A stretch of 64,000 nucleotides of DNA from Eubacteriales bacterium (GTDB lineage Bacteria; Bacillota; Clostridia; Oscillospirales; CAG-272), in assembly GCA_045535815.1 (NCBI GenBank), contig JAZSMJ010000034.1, positions 648-64,647 of the forward strand. The letters run 5' to 3'. Shown one piece after another: positions 36,913 to 44,724 of the stretch. The notes beneath the pieces are model-generated. The model was not told the origin of the DNA and made no database searches. It saw nothing but the letters and a program-made list of their open reading frames with translations. The position numbers and the translations under genes are program-made. Within the stretch, counting starts at the first letter, position 1. Each line of letters opens with the position of its first letter.

Positions 36913-39900
36913 ATGAAAAAAATAATTCTTTTATTTGCAGCTTTACTCTGCTTCTCATTTGTCTTTATCGGATGTGACGATGCTACCGTAGATCCTGTAG
37001 ACGGAACTGAAAGCAACGCAGAAGAAACCGCAGATAACGTTGAACAGGAAAAGGGGGAAGAGGTTGTGACTAACGCAAATCTTCTTGAATCCTGGGATCT
37101 TTCCGATGGCGGAAGAACGGGTAACGTTTCGAGCTCTATAGGAAAAACCTCAGGTACAACACGTTGGGGAACATGGCTCAGAACCGAAACCTTCGGATTC
37201 ACGCTTGACTTCTCTACAGAGGGCTCCTACTTCAAGGCTGAAAACGTTTCTCTTGAAGAGATGAGCGACAGCTTTACGATATCCTCATGGCTGAAGGCTC
37301 CGCCCCGTGAAGACAATACCAGAGTTATCGTTTCAAAGGGCACATACGATTCAAGTGCTCCTGTTGAATATTCGGATTTCAAGGTGCTTCATTCTTGTAA
37401 CGTAAAGGACGGCTGGAAGAGACTTAATAACCAGGTAGCCGATTACGAGGACGAGAGCTGCAGCGACGGACACTGTCTTGAGCTGACCGGAGATCAGAAT
37501 GCTCCGCTTATATTTGCTCTTCAGTTCAAAAATCAGAACTTTTCTTCATACGATACGGACGATGCATACATAAGATTCAAGCTTTACGTTGACGATGCAT
37601 CAAAGCTCATAAGCGGTGAGCTTGAGCTCGGCTCGCAGAACGCCTCCGATTCTTACGAAACTGCATGGTCTCTTGATTCAAGTCTGTTCAAGGATGGCTG
37701 GAACGAGATAGTTCTTCCCCTCAGCGGCGCTCATAAGAGCGGTGACGGAGGATGCGATCTTGGAAGAATCAACTTTACAAGACTTTATATGTACGTAACC
37801 GGGCCGGCTACCATAAGATTGGACGAGATAGCCTTCTGCCGTGTTGCGGAAAGCGATAAGGCTCTCGACTTCGCTCTCTATCTTGAGGGCGGAAGCGGCA
37901 ATCTCGGATTTATGGCTCCCGGTCTTTCGGGACTTGAAAATACCGACGTTTCTCTTATCGACGGTAAGTGGCATCACGTTGCCGTAACTCTCAACAACGG
38001 AAGCTTTACGTACTACGTTGACGGTGAGGCTGTAAAGACTCTTGCAGTCACAGGCTCGCTTACAAACGATTACAGCGACATCTACGCAGGCTCATACCCC
38101 GATGCTACGGGTGGCTTTGACGGATCAATGGCACAGCTTAAGCTGTACAGCGGAGTTGCAAGTGCAAAGAATATGGCGTCAGCCGTAACCGTTGCCGAAT
38201 CCGATAACACCTTTGATGCCACTACGGTTGAGCTTATGAAGGGTATATGGATAGAGCCCTCCAATATGCAGGACCTCAAGAACGTCAAGGATATGGGCTT
38301 TGGCCACGTAAGACACGGCTTTGACCCCGACAGACGCGGAGAGATATACATAAACGAGGACGGCTCCCTCAATCTTGAAGCTATGCAGACGGTTGAAAAG
38401 TGGATCAACAACTGCGTAAGAGCAGGCCTTCCGATCATCATAGGACCTCACCCCGTACATGAGTGGAAGGAAAAATGGATAACAGATCTTGAAAAGTTCG
38501 AGCTTGTGTGCGAATGGTACGGCGATCTTGCTGCCTATATAGCAGAAAGATGGACGCCTCAGCAGGTAGCACTTACCATAATGAGTGAGCCTGCAGGCGG
38601 TAACCCTTCCGTATCATGGACATGGGTCAGCGACAGAGTATATACTGCTATGAGAAATGCGGCACCTGACCACACCATACTTATGGGCGGTGACGCATCA
38701 GGTAACATCGAAAAGATGAAGGCGATGAGCCCCGTTACCGACGATAACGTCAAGTATTCATTCTCGACATACGAGCCTTATACCATAGGCTTCGGTACTG
38801 CATCATCCGGTATGGCAGGACAGGTGACCTTCTGGAACTACCTCGGTGACGTTCCGTATCCCGTACCCGAAGGACTTACCGATGAAGAGATAGAAGCGAT
38901 AGTTGAAGACGTTACGTCTATCGAGCCTGCCAACTTCAAGGCTCAGGCACAGGACGTAGTCCGCAAGTATCTTAAGGGTATCTCCGACGCAGGTGACCAC
39001 TACGTCAACAACTACGGCGGAGTATACAACAAGGATTGGCATATCCGCAGAGCTGAAAGCGTAAAGGCATGGCAGGACAAGTACGGCGGAGTAAACGTAC
39101 ACGTATCCGAGGTGGGTACGATAGACGCAGTTCAGTCTATCCAGTACTTCCAGGCAGTAGAGGGCTCGGGCGCTTCTATGGAAACGCACTACAACCATCT
39201 GCGTGACCTTGTAACTACATTTATAGATTACGGCTTCGGCTACGATTACTGTGCATACAATAACCCCGAGCTTACCGTATTCGATACTCGTCTGAGAAGC
39301 GGACAGTACGCTTACGGCAACGGACTTTCCTCAGACCTTGCACTTTCATGGTACGACTACGATAAGCTTGATATACTTCAGGTAACACCCGTAAGAGAAT
39401 ATCATCCTACCGCAGATCTTAGCAACGCACTTCTTGCAATCAAGCTTGACGACGAGGAGGGTGCAGAGACTGCAGCGTCCGAGCTTCTTCTCGGAGTTAC
39501 TGCCGAATATGGCAAGATAAAGACGGTAGCTGACGATAAATTCGGAAGAGCCGCACAGCTTACCGGTGTAGCGGGCGAAAATATAATATCCTCAAACGCA
39601 TCCTTCGATATGCCCGATGGTATGGCAATATCCGCATGGATAAAGGCCGATAACGCTGCAAGCACAAGCAAGCAGGCTATCGTTACTATGGCAGAGAATA
39701 TGCAGAAGGATGAGACCGGAGCAGTAGGTAAGCTGATGATATCCGATTGCGAGACCAACTCCGGCTGGTGGGGTGTTTCCGATATCGGAACTATGGAACG
39801 TCAGCAGAGCGGTGGCGAATTCGCTATCGTAACTGAAGCGAAGCAGACCGTAATATTCTGTAACGTATTCCATTCGCTTGATATTACAAGCTTCCTCGAT

Positions 39901-40521
39901 CACGGATATATCTCACTCGACGTCTACTGTGAGGACGCATCTCAGGTGACGGGTATACTTCTTGACTTCGGAAGCAACCGAGGACTTCTTGAGTCAGTTT
40001 CGTGGTATACCAATCAGCCCCTCAAGGACGGTTGGAATACTGTCAAGATAAAGATGTCCGAAAATCCCACGTGGAACGGAGCTGACCCTGCAGAGATAAG
40101 CTATCTCAGATTCGTAGGATATACTCCCTCAAGCACCACGATGGCCATCGACAATCTCTACTTTGAGCTCGATTCCGAGCACGCAAAGGGATACAACTAC
40201 TGGACTTTGGGTCTTGACGGCGAGGGCTACCTCACGTTTGAATCTGATAAGATCGAGAGCGAGGTCCGCTCGGATAAGGCTATAACCGATACCGAATGGC
40301 ATCACGTAATGATAAGCTATGACGGCGATCGCTTTACCTATTATATAGACGGCGCTGAAGCGGGCGGATTTGATGCGGATACATCATTCGTAACTCCCAG
40401 CTCTGCCGACCTTATGATCGGAACGGATGGGGACGGAAATGCACCCTACTCGGGTCTCCTTGCAAACGTCCGTATATACAATGCGGCAAAGACACCGGCA
40501 GACGTAACTCCTGCTGAATAA
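36913..40521 (+). CDS. Giant lipoprotein D (1202 aa): split LamG + central GH5/clan GH-A-like domain + second split LamG
   Basis: ATG 36913, lipobox VFIGC. LamG halves (FTISSWLKAP ... DGKWHHVAVTLNNGSFTYYVDG ... FDGSMAQLKLY) surround a recurrent module. The barrel has GPHPVHE, IMSEPAGG (Glu codon 38587-38589), FSTYEPY and VHVSEVGT (Glu codon 39109-39111). Confidence 0.85.
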   Translation: MKKIILLFAALLCFSFVFIGCDDATVDPVDGTESNAEETADNVEQEKGEEVVTNANLLESWDLSDGGRTGNVSSSIGKTSGTTRWGTWLRTETFGFTLDFSTEGSYFKAENVSLEEMSDSFTISSWLKAPPREDNTRVIVSKGTYDSSAPVEYSDFKVLHSCNVKDGWKRLNNQVADYEDESCSDGHCLELTGDQNAPLIFALQFKNQNFSSYDTDDAYIRFKLYVDDASKLISGELELGSQNASDSYETAWSLDSSLFKDGWNEIVLPLSGAHKSGDGGCDLGRINFTRLYMYVTGPATIRLDEIAFCRVAESDKALDFALYLEGGSGNLGFMAPGLSGLENTDVSLIDGKWHHVAVTLNNGSFTYYVDGEAVKTLAVTGSLTNDYSDIYAGSYPDATGGFDGSMAQLKLYSGVASAKNMASAVTVAESDNTFDATTVELMKGIWIEPSNMQDLKNVKDMGFGHVRHGFDPDRRGEIYINEDGSLNLEAMQTVEKWINNCVRAGLPIIIGPHPVHEWKEKWITDLEKFELVCEWYGDLAAYIAERWTPQQVALTIMSEPAGGNPSVSWTWVSDRVYTAMRNAAPDHTILMGGDASGNIEKMKAMSPVTDDNVKYSFSTYEPYTIGFGTASSGMAGQVTFWNYLGDVPYPVPEGLTDEEIEAIVEDVTSIEPANFKAQAQDVVRKYLKGISDAGDHYVNNYGGVYNKDWHIRRAESVKAWQDKYGGVNVHVSEVGTIDAVQSIQYFQAVEGSGASMETHYNHLRDLVTTFIDYGFGYDYCAYNNPELTVFDTRLRSGQYAYGNGLSSDLALSWYDYDKLDILQVTPVREYHPTADLSNALLAIKLDDEEGAETAASELLLGVTAEYGKIKTVADDKFGRAAQLTGVAGENIISSNASFDMPDGMAISAWIKADNAASTSKQAIVTMAENMQKDETGAVGKLMISDCETNSGWWGVSDIGTMERQQSGGEFAIVTEAKQTVIFCNVFHSLDITSFLDHGYISLDVYCEDASQVTGILLDFGSNRGLLESVSWYTNQPLKDGWNTVKIKMSENPTWNGADPAEISYLRFVGYTPSSTTMAIDNLYFELDSEHAKGYNYWTLGLDGEGYLTFESDKIESEVRSDKAITDTEWHHVMISYDGDRFTYYIDGAEAGGFDADTSFVTPSSADLMIGTDGDGNAPYSGLLANVRIYNAAKTPADVTPAE
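38245..39400 (+). other. GH5/clan GH-A-like domain of protein D (most divergent copy)
   Basis: MGFGHVRHGFDP, GPHPVHEW, TIMSEPAG, YSFSTYEPY, HVSEVG. Confidence 0.55.
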
Positions 40522-40536
40522 GATAATATATAATGA

Positions 40537-40569
40537 AAGAACCGTCACGCTTTGTGGCGGTTCTTTTTA
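40537..40569 (+). terminator. Intrinsic terminator after gene D
   Basis: AAGAACCGTCAC-GCTTTG-TGGCGGTTCTT (one G-T pair), followed by a T run. Confidence 0.75.
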
Positions 40570-40809
40570 CAATACGGCTGAAAATACGACTTTTTTTGTA
40601 CGTAAATGTTAACAAAGTGCAAATTTTGTTCACATTCAAGACGCTGCTTTTCCTTAATATTACAGTTATATTACAAAAGCGCCTAAGGTGTTGAAAAAAA
40701 AGACGGATTGTAATATGATATAAGCACAGGTACTCTCCCGAAATTTCTCAAGTCGGGGTAAAGAGAAACCTGTAAAAATTATAATTTTTTTCAAAAAGGA
40801 GAAAAAACC

Positions 40810-43800
40810 ATGAGAAATTTGAGAAGATTTCTGGCAATGGCTCTGACCATCATGATGGTAGCTGGATGCTTCAGCATGTTCAGCGTAAACGCATTTGAAG
40901 ACGTTTATGACTTTGAAGAAGCAATCAACACCCTTAATGATCTCGGAGTTATCAAAGGCTATGATGAGACATCGTTCGGTCCGGACGACGACGTTCTCAG
41001 ATGGCACATGGCGCTTCTTGTTTCCAAGCTCGTAACCGGTAAGGTTGAAACAGCTACATGGGAAACAGCGTCCAACTATTCCAACTTTACAGACGTAAAG
41101 GCTGAGAACTACTACGGTAGTATCTCTTATGCCTCCAACCACGCTATCATCATCGGTACCAGCGCTACAACATTTGAGCCCGAAGGACAGATCATGTTCC
41201 AGGATGCTCTTACAATGGTAATCCGTGCACTCGGATTCGGTGGCGAAGAAATGGATGCAGGCTATCCTTACACCTACATCGCAAAGGCTAACAAGCTCGG
41301 CCTCACAGCAGGTCTCGAGTACATTGAAAGCTACGACGAAAACCTCACAAGAGGCGAAACAGCACAGCTTCTTTACAACGCACTTTACACAGTAAATGCT
41401 GACGATACAACATTTGCTGAAAGCGCATTCGGTATGGTAGCAGCTGACGAGTACCTCGTAGTTATCACAGCTACAAACAACGCTAACATGGTAAGCGATG
41501 CTCTCGTTGAAAAGACAGATTACGTTGCATTCAACGAAATCATGGTTGACGGCACACTCAACGAAAACGTAACATACTTCCTTCCCAAGGCTGAATTCGG
41601 TATCGAAGGCGACGCAGACCTCTACGTTGGCGCTTCCTACGTTGTTTACACAACAGACGGATTCAAGTCCATCGCTTCCTACGAAGCAATCGAAGGTGTT
41701 GCAGTTGAAGTAGCAGGCAACGCAGAAAAGAACACAGCTCTCGTTAAGATCGACGACACAGTTTACCAGACAGTTGAAAGCTTCACAGCTCTTAACGCTT
41801 CTCAGGTAAACAAGGGTAACTATCCTGAAATCATTATGTACGCTAAGAACGTTGGTTATCAGACAGCAGCTGGCAACGGCATGTACGTTGCTGACGCAGC
41901 AGGTAACCTCCTCAACGCTAACGGTCAGGTAGTTGCATACTACATGCCCAACCTCGTTGGTTATGTTTCCCCCTACGTTGTATACGATGCAGTTACAGGC
42001 GTATACAGAGCAGCTACAGCTGAAGACCTCAGAAGCGTTGCAGTTGTTGCTCCCGAAACAGTAGGCGCATACAAGGTAGTTGCAGATACTCTTACAGAGA
42101 TCGCTAACGTTGGCGCTATCTACGATGCAGTTGCATACGACGATAACGGCGACGGCACATATGACAGAGCATTCTTCGTAAACTACAGATACGGTCAGTA
42201 CACACTTGACGCTGACGGACACGCTGTAATCGGCGGTCTCGACACAGGCGTTAAGGCTGAAGCAGTTAAGGTAGTAGACGCAGAAGGTAACGCTACAACT
42301 CTTACAGTTGGCGGTTACTACATCTACGCTTACAACGCACAGTCCAAGACTATCACAGTTAAGGAAGAACTCGCAGTTTACACCGGTTACGTTTCCGGTA
42401 TGAACTCTCTCCAGAGCAAAGTTACAATCGGCGGCACAGTTTACAACTACGGCATAGCTAACCTTCCCGGTGCTTCTGCTGCAGAAGTAGGCGTTGGTCC
42501 CGAACTCGTTGGTAAGAACGTAAACTACGTTCTCGTTGACGGTGTTGTTGTTGACGTTCTCGCTCTCAACAACCTCGGCTACATCGTATTCGACAGCGTT
42601 ATCGGCGTAACCTCCACAGGTCTTCCGATGGCTCTCGTTTACAACAACAGCAATATCCTTTCTGTAATCGTTGTTTCTACAATCGATACATATTCTTACT
42701 ATCAGTTCGCTTACAACAGCGATTCTCTCACATCTAACGTAACTAAGCTCGAAACAACAGCTAAGGGATCTATCTTCACAGCTGAAATCGACGCTCTCGG
42801 TTACTACCACCTCATGACAGTTGCAGGTGTTCAGACAGCTACATCTGACTTCGAGGTTGACTTCATCAACGGTGTTACAAACAACGAACCTGCTATCGGC
42901 GGTCAGTTCAAGACAACAGCTGATACAATCATCCTTGTTTACAACACAACAACAAAGACATTCACAGCTCGCAAGGGTATTCCTGGCGACGGTGCAGTTC
43001 TTACAGTAGCACTTGGTTCTCAGTACTTCGTTAAGACTGCCGGCAACGCTATTACATACATCTACGTATATGGCGATGCTACATTCACAGGCACAACTCA
43101 GACTCCTGCATGGGGCACAACAACAACCAATACAACAGTTGTTTACGTTGATCCCGCATATGCAGAACCCACAATCGTTTCCAACAGCCTCTCTTCTGTA
43201 ATCGGCGTTGAAGGCATTACACTTCAGGGTTACACCTACAAGTACAATGTAATCGACATGGCTACAGGTAAGGCTATAGACGTTTACACAGCATCTTACA
43301 ATGCACAGCTCATCGCAGGCGCATACTACACAGTAACTAACGGTTACGTTGACGGCCTTGCAGCTGACGATGCAGTTAAGACAGCAGAGATCATCTCTGT
43401 ATCTCCCTTCTATTCCGAAACATCTGTTGCAACATACGACAGACAGGAAGTTGTTATCCTTGCTATTGACGATATCACAGGCGTTGTTGCAAGAGGTGCT
43501 GACGGCCAGCCCGTTAACTATTTCGGAAATGCAGCATACGACGTAGCAGTTAACAAGTTCGCTATCTACTATGACGTTGCAGGCACAACAAAGGTTTACT
43601 TCACAGCTGACGGTCCTATAGGTGTTCCGGTTGTAACAGTTGAAACCGGCGTTTTTGGACCCAACCATAGATCTGACGTTTGCATGCAGGATAGCGATGA
43701 TGTAGTTGGATCATTCGTATCTGCTACAGCAGCTGTTCCTCAGATTATTACCAAGGATCTTAACCTTGACATTTCTGAATTTGCAAACAATCCCAACGCT

Positions 43801-44556
43801 ACACTCCACCTCGAAATTTACATTTCAAAGGTTGCAGCAGTGCAGCTCGGTGGACAGTTTGAGTTCTTTGTTGGCGGTTGCGACAATATGGAATGGGCTC
43901 TTAACTGGGAAGACCTTGCTAAGTATATAAAGAACGACGGCTGGAATACAGTTGAAATTCCTGTAACTGAATTTCAGGTAACAGGTGCTAACGGTGCTCC
44001 CAACTATGCAGCAATTGAAGGAACAAGACTTTATCTTCTTGCTAGCGAAACAATCAAGCTTGGTTTGAAGAGCGTTTACTTCTACGACGACGGATCCGCT
44101 CCTGCAGCTCCCGAACAGCCCGAAGAAGAAGAGCCCGAAGAGCCTGCAAGAGAACAGCTTGCTATCAAGGATGCTGTAGCTTCTGTAACACAGGCAACAG
44201 ACATCGTTCTTGTTGGTGAAGCAATAGGTCCTTATGACGTTACAGACTATCTTACAGAAGGTAAAGTTCATGTTGAGCTTTACGTTAGCGATCCCACAAA
44301 GATCGTTGCTGGTCAGTTAGAGCTTTCTTCTAACGGTGCTCCCGATAGCTGTGAAATCAACTGGAAGTTTGATGGTTCTCTCTTTGAATTGGTAGAAGGT
44401 TGGAACACTATAGAGCTTTCTTTTGCAGAAACATCTGATCAGGATGCTTGGGCTACAGGCGAGGTTGACTATAGCGCTATTAATTATTGCCGTTTCTATC
44501 TTAATCCCACCGGTGGTGAGGTAACAGTAGAAGCAAGAAACATTTACATTTATTAA
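40810..44556 (+). CDS. SLH-domain S-layer protein 1 (1248 aa) with two C-terminal copies of the recurrent module
   Basis: Signal peptide ending VNA/FE. Three SLH repeats (FEDVYDFEEAINTLNDLGVIKGYDETSFGPDDDVLRWHMALLVSKL; FTDVKAENYYGSISYASNHAIIIG...; LTRGETAQLLYNAL). Long T/V/A/G/Y/N-rich body. Strongly biased codons. The C-terminal module is highly similar to module 2 of protein A. Confidence 0.9.
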   Translation: MRNLRRFLAMALTIMMVAGCFSMFSVNAFEDVYDFEEAINTLNDLGVIKGYDETSFGPDDDVLRWHMALLVSKLVTGKVETATWETASNYSNFTDVKAENYYGSISYASNHAIIIGTSATTFEPEGQIMFQDALTMVIRALGFGGEEMDAGYPYTYIAKANKLGLTAGLEYIESYDENLTRGETAQLLYNALYTVNADDTTFAESAFGMVAADEYLVVITATNNANMVSDALVEKTDYVAFNEIMVDGTLNENVTYFLPKAEFGIEGDADLYVGASYVVYTTDGFKSIASYEAIEGVAVEVAGNAEKNTALVKIDDTVYQTVESFTALNASQVNKGNYPEIIMYAKNVGYQTAAGNGMYVADAAGNLLNANGQVVAYYMPNLVGYVSPYVVYDAVTGVYRAATAEDLRSVAVVAPETVGAYKVVADTLTEIANVGAIYDAVAYDDNGDGTYDRAFFVNYRYGQYTLDADGHAVIGGLDTGVKAEAVKVVDAEGNATTLTVGGYYIYAYNAQSKTITVKEELAVYTGYVSGMNSLQSKVTIGGTVYNYGIANLPGASAAEVGVGPELVGKNVNYVLVDGVVVDVLALNNLGYIVFDSVIGVTSTGLPMALVYNNSNILSVIVVSTIDTYSYYQFAYNSDSLTSNVTKLETTAKGSIFTAEIDALGYYHLMTVAGVQTATSDFEVDFINGVTNNEPAIGGQFKTTADTIILVYNTTTKTFTARKGIPGDGAVLTVALGSQYFVKTAGNAITYIYVYGDATFTGTTQTPAWGTTTTNTTVVYVDPAYAEPTIVSNSLSSVIGVEGITLQGYTYKYNVIDMATGKAIDVYTASYNAQLIAGAYYTVTNGYVDGLAADDAVKTAEIISVSPFYSETSVATYDRQEVVILAIDDITGVVARGADGQPVNYFGNAAYDVAVNKFAIYYDVAGTTKVYFTADGPIGVPVVTVETGVFGPNHRSDVCMQDSDDVVGSFVSATAAVPQIITKDLNLDISEFANNPNATLHLEIYISKVAAVQLGGQFEFFVGGCDNMEWALNWEDLAKYIKNDGWNTVEIPVTEFQVTGANGAPNYAAIEGTRLYLLASETIKLGLKSVYFYDDGSAPAAPEQPEEEEPEEPAREQLAIKDAVASVTQATDIVLVGEAIGPYDVTDYLTEGKVHVELYVSDPTKIVAGQLELSSNGAPDSCEINWKFDGSLFELVEGWNTIELSFAETSDQDAWATGEVDYSAINYCRFYLNPTGGEVTVEARNIYIY

Positions 44557-44724
44557 TCCAGAAAACTTCTCAAAACTTTAAATTATAATTTTGGCGGTGC
44601 GCGGAGGATCGTACTCCGCGCCTGCCGAAGATAAATTGAGAAAACTTTGACAGTTTAAGATAAGACCAATTCATTCGTTTTATACGCAAATCAACTTTTT
44701 TAATTTTAATAAGGAGATTAAGCC

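Noticed and set aside
19938-40521. Diversity-generating retroelement or other hypervariation explanation for the repeated modules.
   Set aside because: There is no reverse transcriptase and no template/variable repeat pair with A-specific mismatches. The repeats are diverged protein-level paralogs, not near-identical DNA copies.
40666-43668. 1000-aa ORF on the minus strand, Cys/Val/Asn-rich.
   Set aside because: It is exactly codon-for-codon antisense to S-layer gene 40810..44556. It stays open only because the sense gene never uses TTA, CTA or TCA codons. The composition is nonsensical, there is no RBS, and the sense strand has clear signal peptide/SLH homology.
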